Origin: a virus
Lineage: Duplodnaviria > Caudoviricetes
Direction: 5' to 3' (one strand)
Virus record (IMG/VR): IMGVR_UViG_3300028920_000023
DNA length: 64,000 nt
Part shown: piece by piece, positions 48,486 through 58,113 of the stretch
How the letters are laid out: every line of letters begins with the position of its first letter
Position numbering within the stretch: position 1 is the first letter of the stretch
The notes under the pieces: generated by a model
Seen by the model: the letters and a program-made list of their open reading frames with translations, nothing else
What the model was told of the DNA's origin: nothing
Database searches by the model: none
Made by a program: the position numbers and the translations under genes

Positions 48486-49279
48486 TTTTCAAGAAGTTTA
48501 AGAGCTGCGTTCGCCATTTTTTCAACACCTTCTTGGTGATTTATATCTATAATATTATCATCGCTGAGAAATTTTTGAAATCCAACCAGACCTATTTTAA
48601 ATCTGTGTCTGTCCGTTATACATAATTTCGGTGTATTTCTAGATCCGCATGCCAACCAAGTACATCCCGTATCTGGTCCTATATAAAGAGAACATCTATT
48701 TATTGCTTCTACAGTACCTAGTAGCGATAATTTGCCGTGGTAGGATTGCGCTCCTTTATAATCAAGACCGTCTTTACCACCCACGGTAATTATTTTGTTG
48801 CCAGACTTTACGAGTGCATCAATCAACCACTGCCTTTGTCTAGATGGCCAATCAAAACACGAATAACATGGACTAGAACAAATGGCTATAGGATCTTTAG
48901 GTAAATTCAACGAATCTACCTCCTGTTTAACCTTTTGGTCTATATTAAATTTTATGCGTCTTTCTTTAAGAGTAACGTTACTCCATTTTGCTATGAGGTC
49001 TATTAGATGTACGTTCTTTCCTTCCCATTCCGCATGTCTCCACATTGGTTGAGCTTTGATCAGCAAATCAGGTGGTTTTGGCTGCCAATTGGGATATGAC
49101 CCAAATGGCGGAGAGCCATGTGGCAGGGGAGTCCCGCAAGACGGCACTAAGGGAACATATTGCGGTAAAGTCAACCATCTCAGATCCGCATTCGGATATT
49201 TCTCTCTTAAAGCATAAAAAGAAGGTATGCCACAACAGATATCTCCAAGTCTAGCAGATAAACAAAAGGTTATCTTCAT
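48470..49279 (-). CDS. GT9-family glycosyltransferase
   Basis: RLGDICC, LREKYPNADL, WP, YIGPDTGCTWLA. Confidence 0.75.
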   Translation of the reverse strand: MKITFCLSARLGDICCGIPSFYALREKYPNADLRWLTLPQYVPLVPSCGTPLPHGSPPFGSYPNWQPKPPDLLIKAQPMWRHAEWEGKNVHLIDLIAKWSNVTLKERRIKFNIDQKVKQEVDSLNLPKDPIAICSSPCYSCFDWPSRQRQWLIDALVKSGNKIITVGGKDGLDYKGAQSYHGKLSLLGTVEAINRCSLYIGPDTGCTWLACGSRNTPKLCITDRHRFKIGLVGFQKFLSDDNIIDINHQEGVEKMANAALKLLEKWRRT

Positions 49280-50148
49280 TTATATTCCTCAAAACCTAGT
49301 TCTGCTTCTAGTTCTTCTTTTGTAACAGCATGAACCCCATCGTAATCCGCAGCTACCGCACCACAAGCCATGGCCAACACACAGGATCTGTTTAGGGATA
49401 AGCCCGTAGACAGACCATAAGCCAAACCGGCTAACGCATTGTCACCACAGCCGATAGCACACCCCTTTTTTCTTTCTCTTACGTTCAGGGTCATATCGTC
49501 CCTATTTTGGGATTTTAAGACAGCTCCTTTTTTAGATAAGGTCACAAGGACAGATTGAGCATCCACTTGTGAGATATCGAAATTTTTATCCACTTCGTGT
49601 TCATTTGGTTTTATACATAAGCTTTTACCGTAGAATGATATTTCCTTTTTCGGGTCTACTATAAATCTTCTGTGTTGGATCTCCTTCATTAATTCCTCTG
49701 TAATTGAGCCTTTATTATAATCAGATACTACAATAAAATCTGATTTATTCTTGATTTCATCTAGGAACAGACTTGTAATTTTCTGCGATACAGGGTTGGT
49801 ATTCTCATAATCTACCCTGCAAATATATCTTCCTTCTTCTGTGTAATATCTTACCTTTCTCGTTGTCATTCTGTCGTCTGGGATAAGCAATGCATCGAAA
49901 TTGCATAAGTTTTTTATAACATCCGAGTACTTATCCTGACCAACTACCGATAATAATTTAACATTGCATCCAAGTTGTATCAAATTTAAAGCAACATTAG
50001 CAGCTCCGCCTAACCTCGTATCTTCTTTAATAAAACGTAATTTTGGAGCTATAGGATCTTCTGGTGTTAAGCCGCTAGCCGAGGTAAGAACATACTCATC
50101 TAACATGCAATCGCCTATGACTACGATATCGGGTTTTTTATTAAACAT
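49276..50148 (-). CDS. Heptose-7-phosphate kinase (HldE/RfaE domain I, PfkB family)
   Basis: VIGDCMLDEY, LGGAANVALN, VSDYNKG, VDPK, KPNEHE, GCGD. Confidence 0.85.
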   Translation of the reverse strand: MFNKKPDIVVIGDCMLDEYVLTSASGLTPEDPIAPKLRFIKEDTRLGGAANVALNLIQLGCNVKLLSVVGQDKYSDVIKNLCNFDALLIPDDRMTTRKVRYYTEEGRYICRVDYENTNPVSQKITSLFLDEIKNKSDFIVVSDYNKGSITEELMKEIQHRRFIVDPKKEISFYGKSLCIKPNEHEVDKNFDISQVDAQSVLVTLSKKGAVLKSQNRDDMTLNVRERKKGCAIGCGDNALAGLAYGLSTGLSLNRSCVLAMACGAVAADYDGVHAVTKEELEAELGFEEYK

Positions 50149-50198
50149 TGTGTCGTCCTCATTGGTATTTACGAGTAAATATTTGAAAGGGGCAATAG

Positions 50199-51182
50199 AT
50201 GGAAAGAACTTCAGTTTTAGAGATTGTTGAAAATTGGAAAAAAGCAGGGCTTACGATCGGGTTTACAAGCGGAGTTTTTGATTTATTACATTATGGTCAT
50301 GTCGATTTCCTCACCAAAGCATCGAAAATATGTGATAAACTGGTAGTCGGCATTAATTCAGATGGTTCTGTTAAGAAATATAAAGATCCCAATTTACCAA
50401 TAAACGCTTCTGCACATAGAGCAGGGATAATATCCAGTCTGAGGTGTGTTGATGCAGTATTCGTGTTTGACGAAAGAAGAAACAGAAAGAATCTGGAATT
50501 ATTAAAACCAGACTTCTATATCAAAGCTGGTGATTATGATATATCCCAATTAACAAGCAGAGATGTCGTTGAAGCTTATGGCGGTAAAGCCGTCATAATA
50601 AAAGACATCGAGGGTATATCGACTAGCTCATTAATAGAAAGAATAAGAAATCCAAAGCAAAAAGCAGTCTTCCTAGATAGAGACGGCACAATAAACAGAG
50701 AAGTTGAATACCTACATGAACCAGAAAAATTTGAATTTCTACCGAATGCCGTAGAAGGAATAATCAAGTTTTACAATATGGGTTATAGAATAATTGTTAT
50801 AACATGTCAGAACGGCATCGGATTGGGATATTTCACCAAAGAAGATTTTTTCAAGGTCAACAAGGTGCTATTAGGCGGCTTATCTGAAAAAGAAATTAAA
50901 GTAGATAAAATTTATTTCACAACTGAATCTAACACTAAAGAAAATCCCAAAAAGGAACTGATTGAACGAGCCCAGAGGGATTTAAATTTAGATTTACAAA
51001 ATTGTGTAGTTATAGGTGATAAGGAAGTAGATATAGAACTTGGATCGATTTTTGGGTTTACAAGTATTGGAGTCAGAACTGGCCATGGATGTAGGACCGC
51101 AAAATTGAAACCAGATTATATGGCATCTGATTTAATGGATGCTGCGGATCATATCGAACGAGCAGCATCTCTTAAGATCTGA
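50199..51182 (+). CDS. Heptose-1-phosphate nucleotidyltransferase (HldE domain II) fused to GmhB phosphatase
   Basis: GVFDLLHYGH, GINSDGSV, KAGDY, ISTS; then FLDRDGTIN HAD motif, IGDK..D. Confidence 0.85.
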   Translation: MERTSVLEIVENWKKAGLTIGFTSGVFDLLHYGHVDFLTKASKICDKLVVGINSDGSVKKYKDPNLPINASAHRAGIISSLRCVDAVFVFDERRNRKNLELLKPDFYIKAGDYDISQLTSRDVVEAYGGKAVIIKDIEGISTSSLIERIRNPKQKAVFLDRDGTINREVEYLHEPEKFEFLPNAVEGIIKFYNMGYRIIVITCQNGIGLGYFTKEDFFKVNKVLLGGLSEKEIKVDKIYFTTESNTKENPKKELIERAQRDLNLDLQNCVVIGDKEVDIELGSIFGFTSIGVRTGHGCRTAKLKPDYMASDLMDAADHIERAASLKI

Positions 51183-51400
51183 TAATAATCGTTTGGATAT
51201 CCCAAATTGCTTTGGAAATCTGGTAATACAAAAAGTCTGCGTTGTTTGTCTACAAACGGTTTAACCAATGTAGAGGAACCGGGCACCACAGACAGAGCAT
51301 CACTTAATGTTAATCTAGAATTTTCCGTGTCTATTAACCCCGGAACTTCTACGAAACCATTTATGACCGGCAAATAATTTCTTTGATTTATATTTACCAT
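51149..51400 (-). CDS. Hypothetical protein
   Basis: 83 aa, GGAG RBS. Confidence 0.45.
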   Translation of the reverse strand: MVNINQRNYLPVINGFVEVPGLIDTENSRLTLSDALSVVPGSSTLVKPFVDKQRRLFVLPDFQSNLGYPNDYYQILRDAARSI

Positions 51401-51414
51401 AATTATCTCCCTAA

Positions 51415-52131
51415 TTATTTTTGCAAAAAGTCAGATAGACCAGCTTCCTTAATTCTATTACATATTATGTTGTTTGATTTAGCGTCAAAATGATTCGTCC
51501 AATCTCCCACAATGCCCTTTCTAGGCGATACAGATTTATTCCCCAATGTAGGAACGACACATCCGGTTAAATCTCTACCTAATACTACGGATACCTTACG
51601 CATTGCAGAAGAAAAATTTGTCTTCATTTCTTCATAAGTTATAATAGTAGCTTTATCAAGCCATCCTCTGACATGAGTTATCCAGCGACTCACAAAATCC
51701 TCTGATTTAACCAAACTATATGCACCATCAAATGGGTACCGATATGGTTTAGTATTGAAGGCCAAATCACACACGTTCTTAACTCGTGGGAACGCCGTTA
51801 CATTGGATCTATTGAAGTAATAATAGCAACTGACCAAAACGTCCCTAGGATCCCTTACTATATAGAAGATATGGTAAGATTCATTTAATTTATGAATATC
51901 AAAGAAACCATCTTGGTGGTGTGATTTGTAAATTCTGTTATCTAGACCCTTTTGTAATTCGCAGAAATTTATTATTTTAGATCGATATTCTTCTTGATTT
52001 GAACGAGATGGGTTAATCGCGTCCCTTGCAAAGACATCAATTTGGTTATTATTAAAACCGAAGTTTGCAGATATACTGTTTATCAGGAAATGTGTGCCGG
52101 ATCTCTCATGAGATACCACTAATATTTTCAT
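51415..52131 (-). CDS. Sulfotransferase domain protein
   Basis: SHERSGTHFL, KSH, RDPRDVLVS, YEEM, RKGIVGDW. Confidence 0.85.
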   Translation of the reverse strand: MKILVVSHERSGTHFLINSISANFGFNNNQIDVFARDAINPSRSNQEEYRSKIINFCELQKGLDNRIYKSHHQDGFFDIHKLNESYHIFYIVRDPRDVLVSCYYYFNRSNVTAFPRVKNVCDLAFNTKPYRYPFDGAYSLVKSEDFVSRWITHVRGWLDKATIITYEEMKTNFSSAMRKVSVVLGRDLTGCVVPTLGNKSVSPRKGIVGDWTNHFDAKSNNIICNRIKEAGLSDFLQK

Positions 52132-52134
52132 TAC

Positions 52135-53232
52135 TTATCCTATGTATTCCAAAACTGCGTTTACTACCTGGGATATTTCATCATCATCAAGCGATGGGTA
52201 CGATGGAAGTATTACACATTGCTGATTCAGAAGTCTCGCGTTTCCCTCGGAATCTTCATTCGCGTATTCAGCCAAACCATTATGTTTGGACATAGGATAA
52301 AACATCGGCCTAATATCGATATTGCGCTTATTAAAGAATTTTTCTGCGGCTTTATAGGAAGGATTACATAATATTCTTACCCCGAACATCCAATAGGAAT
52401 GATTACAAGCATCATCTACAAATTGAATTTGTAGTTTTTCTTTATTTTTAAAACATTGTTGATAATGTCTATAGATCCTTTCTTTGCGAGCCATTATATC
52501 TTTATATCTGCGTAATTGCCCATATAATATAGCTGCTTGCATATTCGTCATTCTATAATTATAACCAATATAATTATGAACAAAGCGAGTTTCAGATTGT
52601 CCTTGTCCATGCAACATAACAAGATGCTTGTACAATTCCTCGTTGCCAGTTATTACGGCTCCGCCTTCACCACAGGTAATACTCTTATTACCGTAGAAAG
52701 ATAACGAAGATGCTAGGCACTCTGTTCCAGTTAATTTCCCTTCGTAACGTCCAAATATTCCTTCACAATTATCTTCTATAACAATAAAATCTTGTAATTC
52801 TTTCCTTAATCGCGGAACATTAACAGGATTGCCAAGATTATGGACTGTCAATATAGCAGTGTCGTTAGGATCATATTTTAGTGCCGTATCGATTAATCTG
52901 TCTACGTCTATATTCCATGTTCTTAAGTCAGCCTGTACCGGAACTAATTCAAATTTTGGACCATATATCATTGAATTCCATGCCGCAACATATACGTTAT
53001 CTGGAACTAGAATTCTGGTTATATTGGGATTTTCATGCTTTATAGCGTGTGCAAGTAGATGCGTGGCAGATGTGCCATTACTTGTCAATAATACAAATTT
53101 ACCAAATATTTCGGATAATAATGCTGATACTCTTTTATTGTATTCTCCGGAAGACACCCAGGTAGATCCTAATGCCTCGGATACGAGCTCTATGTCCTCC
53201 GGAAGTATTTCTGGTTTATAAACCGGTATCAT
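52135..53232 (-). CDS. DegT/DnrJ aminotransferase, GDP-perosamine synthase-like
   Basis: TWVSS, SNGTSATHL, EDNCE, SFYGNKSITCGEGG, GYNYRMTNMQAA, LPS. Confidence 0.85.
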   Translation of the reverse strand: MIPVYKPEILPEDIELVSEALGSTWVSSGEYNKRVSALLSEIFGKFVLLTSNGTSATHLLAHAIKHENPNITRILVPDNVYVAAWNSMIYGPKFELVPVQADLRTWNIDVDRLIDTALKYDPNDTAILTVHNLGNPVNVPRLRKELQDFIVIEDNCEGIFGRYEGKLTGTECLASSLSFYGNKSITCGEGGAVITGNEELYKHLVMLHGQGQSETRFVHNYIGYNYRMTNMQAAILYGQLRRYKDIMARKERIYRHYQQCFKNKEKLQIQFVDDACNHSYWMFGVRILCNPSYKAAEKFFNKRNIDIRPMFYPMSKHNGLAEYANEDSEGNARLLNQQCVILPSYPSLDDDEISQVVNAVLEYIG

Positions 53233-53537
53233 CAGTATGTCTTATGCTTTCTCTGGATGTGTTTGCCGGAGTCTAGATCTGCGCCATTAAGCGCATCTCG
53301 TATTATTTCGACAATTTTTTCATCAATCTCATCTATAAGCTGGCTGCGCTGCACATTGAGGTCACAACATTTCTTCAAAACTTCGTATAATTTCTCCAGA
53401 TTCTCCTCATTTTCATAACGAGATTTGAATTCATCAAAATCCATCCTCCGTATTTTGTACAATAATTCCTGATTACACCACATTTTCGAATCTGCAGTGA
53501 ATAATTTGTCAACTAAACCGCCTAATGTGTCAGCCAT
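53232..53537 (-). CDS. DUF4254-like protein
   Basis: TLGGLVDKL...DLNVQRSQLIDEID. Confidence 0.55.
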   Translation of the reverse strand: MADTLGGLVDKLFTADSKMWCNQELLYKIRRMDFDEFKSRYENEENLEKLYEVLKKCCDLNVQRSQLIDEIDEKIVEIIRDALNGADLDSGKHIQRKHKTY

Positions 53538-53586
53538 CGTTATCCCCTGGATTTAGATGCAAATATTCTTGACGTATATATTTACT

Positions 53587-53997
53587 ATGATAATTAGAAA
53601 AGCATATAACCCGAATGATATTTCACAATTTATATCAAATGCTGGGGCATCATTAAAAACATTCAGATATTTCAAAACAAGGCCTGTAAATATCATAGAG
53701 AAGCATCTAATAACTCTTGTGGGAGTAAAATCTGGAAAGATAATAGCATATGGGCATCTAGATCAGGAAAACGGGAATATTTGGTTAGGCATTTGTGTGG
53801 CTGAGTCATATTCTGGTTTAGGTTTTGGATCACAAATAATGCAAGAATTGTTAAAAATAGCTTATAATTTATCAATTAAAACAATTAAATTGAGTGTCGA
53901 TTCCGATAATAAGGCAGCTATAAAATTTTACAAGAAATTCGGATTCACAATCATACAGAAAAATCTTAAAAACTATCTTATGATATTTTCATCCTAG
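53587..53997 (+). CDS. GNAT acetyltransferase
   Basis: GICVAESYSGLGFG, VDSDNKAAIKFYKKFGF. Confidence 0.85.
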   Translation: MIIRKAYNPNDISQFISNAGASLKTFRYFKTRPVNIIEKHLITLVGVKSGKIIAYGHLDQENGNIWLGICVAESYSGLGFGSQIMQELLKIAYNLSIKTIKLSVDSDNKAAIKFYKKFGFTIIQKNLKNYLMIFSS

Positions 53998-54665
53998 CCT
54001 CCGGCTGTTTTGAAGACAGCATATCCGTTGCGATACGACCTATCTTCCTCAATCATAACATACGATTCATCCATAGATAATTTTTTATATGAAGATAAAT
54101 TCTTAATGTCCATAACATCATCGAGTATAATAATTTTTGTCCCCCATAACTCTATTAACTCGGCATAACCGGAAAAAGCGGATCCGTCTATTAAAGCCAT
54201 TTCAGGCACATCACACCCCAGGATCTCTTTTGCTATTTTTATACCATTATGTGGGATATCAGCAGCCTCTTGTATGTCTTCTGTACGCCATGACTTAATC
54301 ATTTCTAGCGAATATTGACGTATATTCAGGTTGGGATTTTGATGCCAAAATTCATCTATTTGTTGTTCTGTCATCAGTGAGGTCGACGGAACAGAGGATG
54401 CTCTTATTTGGCGCACAAACCCATATTTCGACGTGTTTGCAACCAAGGCATTGTAACGTGGCAACACAGACTCGATACAACATAAGGTTGAATTTGCACC
54501 GCTTTCGCGTATACCCCTTATGAAAGCCTGAGTGCTGCCCAGGCCAGTCGCTGATCCTATTTCTATTATACTTCTTGGTTTTTCGGTCTTAATCAAGTCT
54601 ATTATTTTATAGAATAATTTATCATCTAGGATCTCTGGTCGGAAATCTACTGTCTTCATCCCCAT
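53994..54665 (-). CDS. Methyltransferase-like protein
   Basis: IIEIGSATGLGST, LIDG..F. Confidence 0.6.
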   Translation of the reverse strand: MGMKTVDFRPEILDDKLFYKIIDLIKTEKPRSIIEIGSATGLGSTQAFIRGIRESGANSTLCCIESVLPRYNALVANTSKYGFVRQIRASSVPSTSLMTEQQIDEFWHQNPNLNIRQYSLEMIKSWRTEDIQEAADIPHNGIKIAKEILGCDVPEMALIDGSAFSGYAELIELWGTKIIILDDVMDIKNLSSYKKLSMDESYVMIEEDRSYRNGYAVFKTAGG

Positions 54666-55375
54666 CTCCTTGTAGCTTCTTTTGCCACTGCCTTGATATC
54701 TTCGGTTATATAACTTATCCTATCATAATCATAGGACCAAAGGCGGTTCATTGGCGATTGTTCCCAACTCTTGGTCATGGATACTATTACCTCTCCACCA
54801 GCAGCCAACATAAGAAAGAAATCGCCAGTACTGACACCAACATATTTCCCGATTGCAGCGTAATAACATACAAGATCGTCAAATGATTTGTCATGTAATT
54901 CTACTACGTTATTTAATTTCATAATATTGTCACTCATGCCAAATTGCAAGACCGTGAAATTCTCAGACAAAAGATTAACAAGATTCTGTGTGTCCTCAAC
55001 TGACATTCGGCGCAAATGTGCCCAACGCTTTGAACAATTTGATATAAACACAATTGGGTTATCATAATCCTTTATTAATTCTTGCCCCCTAGATATCTCT
55101 TCTTCCTTGATTTTCATATAAGGGTAATAATCGTTATCTGGTAAACCTAAAGTTCTTAGTTTTTGTTTAGACCAATGATCTCCCCTACCATCTCCTTTTG
55201 TTTCTATGGGATTCTCTACCAGTCTAATTTCTTTGCATATACCCTCGAAAATTCTACTAAATCTCTTTGAATTATGATGCAAATTAACGATACAATCAGG
55301 AACAGCTTTACATATTGGGGTAATTGTGAAAAGATCTCCAAAGCCCGGAGAATCACCAGGAAGGCCAATTATCAT
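54656..55375 (-). CDS. GT9-like glycosyltransferase
   Basis: GFGDLFTITP, YVGVSTGDFFLMLAAG. Confidence 0.6.
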   Translation of the reverse strand: MIIGLPGDSPGFGDLFTITPICKAVPDCIVNLHHNSKRFSRIFEGICKEIRLVENPIETKGDGRGDHWSKQKLRTLGLPDNDYYPYMKIKEEEISRGQELIKDYDNPIVFISNCSKRWAHLRRMSVEDTQNLVNLLSENFTVLQFGMSDNIMKLNNVVELHDKSFDDLVCYYAAIGKYVGVSTGDFFLMLAAGGEVIVSMTKSWEQSPMNRLWSYDYDRISYITEDIKAVAKEATRRWG

Positions 55376-56574
55376 TTTCTGTCCAATCTATACATATTCC
55401 GTGGCCTAATAGTATCCGTAGCTAGACCCAAATGTTCAGCAACAACAAAATTAGTTAGATGTTTATTACAAATATGATCAAGCATTTCCTGAACAGACCC
55501 AAAATCCCACTCCTGGCCAGGCAAGGGTTTACTTCCCCAAGATTGTTCTTTGTGATGTTCCTCCAATAATATAGAGGACCTTACCTTGTTATTTAAAAAA
55601 GCATAAATCTTATTCTTAGGGTTAATATGATGTATAACAGAAAAACACAACGCAATATCACATTGATCAATGATTTCCTCTTCGCCAAGATTACGATGAA
55701 TAATCGAGATTTGGTCTAATTCTTCTAACTCGATAATTCGCCTAGCTGCCTCCGCAGTTTTCCCACATACCTCAAACCCTACCACCTTTTGAGCCCCGAG
55801 TTCAGCAGCTAAATGAGACATCCTACCCAAATTGCAACCAATATCGAAAACCACTTTATCCTTAAAAAATCCAGGTAATTTTTCACGAATAATATTAGGC
55901 CTTTGATCTGCTCTGTGTCCACGAACAGTGAAATTCTTGCCAGTCCAAGCGTAATAAGGCTTATCGGAACCAGTAGATACAAAGCCCTTCATCCAAGGTT
56001 CATCAGTAATATCTCTCTTCATCGTTTTCCCCTTAAAACAATTAATCTTCTTAACTAAATATTTGTAATTAGATGGATCCCACCTCTTGGAATTATTATT
56101 CCCGCACATATCCGGAGAAGACTCAAACGGTACATTGTGAACCAACTTATATGATCTATTAAAATCGATCATATATACCTCGTTTCCACATACCACAAAA
56201 CTATCCAATTTTATATCACCATGTACAAATCCCCTATCAAATACGGCCCTTATTTGACCAAGAACCACATCCTCAAGACCATCAAAATAAGTATCCTCAG
56301 ATATAGGACCACCAGACTTGAAATCCATAATGATCAATTCAACATCACCGAATTTCTTATAAGAATGCACCTTCGGTATAAACGGTAAATCTAAGGAAAT
56401 AATAATATCGTATTCTTCTTTCAAAGATTTAATATTATTATTCGGAAAAGAAAATTTGAAAAAGAGATCTCCAGACCTATAATATTGCGCTACATGCGTC
56501 AGGGGGCGAATAGGCAATCTATAGTAATCATCATACCCCAAAGACCTCAATATCTTCTCAAAACTGTGTTCCAC
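55372..56574 (-). CDS. Kinase (APH/RIO-like) fused to SAM methyltransferase
   Basis: VHGDIKLDSF, MIDFN; then FDIGCNLG, FSVIHH. Confidence 0.75.
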   Translation of the reverse strand: MEHSFEKILRSLGYDDYYRLPIRPLTHVAQYYRSGDLFFKFSFPNNNIKSLKEEYDIIISLDLPFIPKVHSYKKFGDVELIIMDFKSGGPISEDTYFDGLEDVVLGQIRAVFDRGFVHGDIKLDSFVVCGNEVYMIDFNRSYKLVHNVPFESSPDMCGNNNSKRWDPSNYKYLVKKINCFKGKTMKRDITDEPWMKGFVSTGSDKPYYAWTGKNFTVRGHRADQRPNIIREKLPGFFKDKVVFDIGCNLGRMSHLAAELGAQKVVGFEVCGKTAEAARRIIELEELDQISIIHRNLGEEEIIDQCDIALCFSVIHHINPKNKIYAFLNNKVRSSILLEEHHKEQSWGSKPLPGQEWDFGSVQEMLDHICNKHLTNFVVAEHLGLATDTIRPRNMYRLDRK

Positions 56575-56575
56575 T

Positions 56576-57442
56576 TCATCTCACCCTCGTAGCAACCAAA
56601 TAACTACCCTCTTTAAACGTCAAAACATCACTACCAACAAACCCCTTACACCACCGCAAAGCAACCACACCAGACAAACCAGTCACAACACGCAAACAAA
56701 TCCTCAACAAACCCTCAACCGAACTAGAAACAGAAACCGACATCTCAGAACACAAATCAAACTGAGACTGAACACACAAAGACCCCTCACAATACACATA
56801 CGAACCCAACCCAACAGAACCCTCCGGCGCACAAACCTCAAACTTCAAACCAGTGCCAGAAGAAGCATCATCAAAAACAACAAACTCCAAAACCCACTCA
56901 CTATCATTACCAACATCAATAAACAAATCAGCATCATCAACCAAATCAACATCATCAACAACCTGATCCGAACCCTTAGTCACCACAACAGAACCACCAG
57001 AACAAACACCAGCAGGCCCAGTAGCACCAACAGGACCAATCGGACCAGTAACACCAGAAGACAAACCCTCAAAAACAGGAGGACCCTCAGCACCCAACTC
57101 CTCAACCTCAATATTAATAACATCCCTCAACTTCGAATCAAAATCCTCCAAACCAGACCTATCAAAATCATAGCGAATAAAAACCGTATCACTGGCCCTG
57201 ATCGTAAAACGATACAAATCCTCCTCAATAAAAACAAAATTATACTCCTCATTATCAATAAAAACAGACTCATCCAACTCAATATAACTGGAAACAGGAT
57301 CAACCAAACGACCAGTCAAATCCAACAACTGTCTAGCCTGAGACTCACCAATAATCTTCTCAGTACTAGCAATAGAATCATCACTAAGCCTAATAATAAG
57401 CCTAACATTCCCATCAATACGATCAACAGTAATATTCGACAT
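56576..57442 (-). CDS. Putative virion fibre protein with short collagen segment
   Basis: GVTGPIGPVGATGPAG; beta-rich acidic C-domain. Confidence 0.6.
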   Translation of the reverse strand: MSNITVDRIDGNVRLIIRLSDDSIASTEKIIGESQARQLLDLTGRLVDPVSSYIELDESVFIDNEEYNFVFIEEDLYRFTIRASDTVFIRYDFDRSGLEDFDSKLRDVINIEVEELGAEGPPVFEGLSSGVTGPIGPVGATGPAGVCSGGSVVVTKGSDQVVDDVDLVDDADLFIDVGNDSEWVLEFVVFDDASSGTGLKFEVCAPEGSVGLGSYVYCEGSLCVQSQFDLCSEMSVSVSSSVEGLLRICLRVVTGLSGVVALRWCKGFVGSDVLTFKEGSYLVATRVR

Positions 57443-57459
57443 CGAAAATCCCCTGTATA

Positions 57460-57467
57460 TATTTATA
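57460..57467 (-). promoter_or_regulatory. T4-type late promoter candidate TATAAATA
   Basis: Exact octamer 17 nt upstream of the virion gene start at 57442. Confidence 0.4.
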
Positions 57468-57478
57468 AGGAGACCAAA

Positions 57479-57892
57479 ATGTTAGAACCATATAGACATA
57501 GAGGCATCAAAAACCACGAATGGGGCCAAATCAAAACCGTCATAGACGGACCCCACTACTCCCTGAGAATCCTAACAGTATATCCAAACAACCTAACATC
57601 CCCACTAATCTTCCACCACAAAACCCAAAGAACAATACACACAACATCGGGATTCCTAAACATCCAAATCTACACCTGCATCCAAGACAAATTATCTACA
57701 GAAGAAAAAGACTGGGGCAAAATATTCGACTACATATTATCAGAAGGAATGAGCATAACCATCAACCCATACCAAGCATACAAATTCTGGGCATGGGAAA
57801 CAACAGCAACAGCCATCGAAGCCTCATGCCCAGAACAAAACGACATACAAATAATAGCAAATCAAGGTTATGCACCAGAATTAAGCAAATAA
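57479..57892 (+). CDS. Divergent cupin, paralog of 47261-47656
   Basis: HEWGQIK...RILTV...FHHKTQRT...YKFWA...IEAS. Confidence 0.55.
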   Translation: MLEPYRHRGIKNHEWGQIKTVIDGPHYSLRILTVYPNNLTSPLIFHHKTQRTIHTTSGFLNIQIYTCIQDKLSTEEKDWGKIFDYILSEGMSITINPYQAYKFWAWETTATAIEASCPEQNDIQIIANQGYAPELSK

Positions 57893-58099
57893 AGCATCCT
57901 CAAACGAAGAGAATTCTTTAACATCCAAATATTCCCCACGAACAAAATGACCCTTCTTCCACAAAGACGTAATATCCTTCCAAATGTGCACCTCCTGGCC
58001 ACAATGTCTAGACTGCACAATGTCCCTGTACTTATTTGGACTTACCTCCTCAAATAAATTCTCTTTAGCCAAACTACGCTCGCGCATAACGTCAGTCAT
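57881..58099 (-). CDS. Hypothetical protein
   Basis: 72 aa, GGGGAG RBS. Confidence 0.5.
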   Translation of the reverse strand: MTDVMRERSLAKENLFEEVSPNKYRDIVQSRHCGQEVHIWKDITSLWKKGHFVRGEYLDVKEFSSFEDALFA

Positions 58100-58113
58100 G
58101 TCAAGATCTCCCC

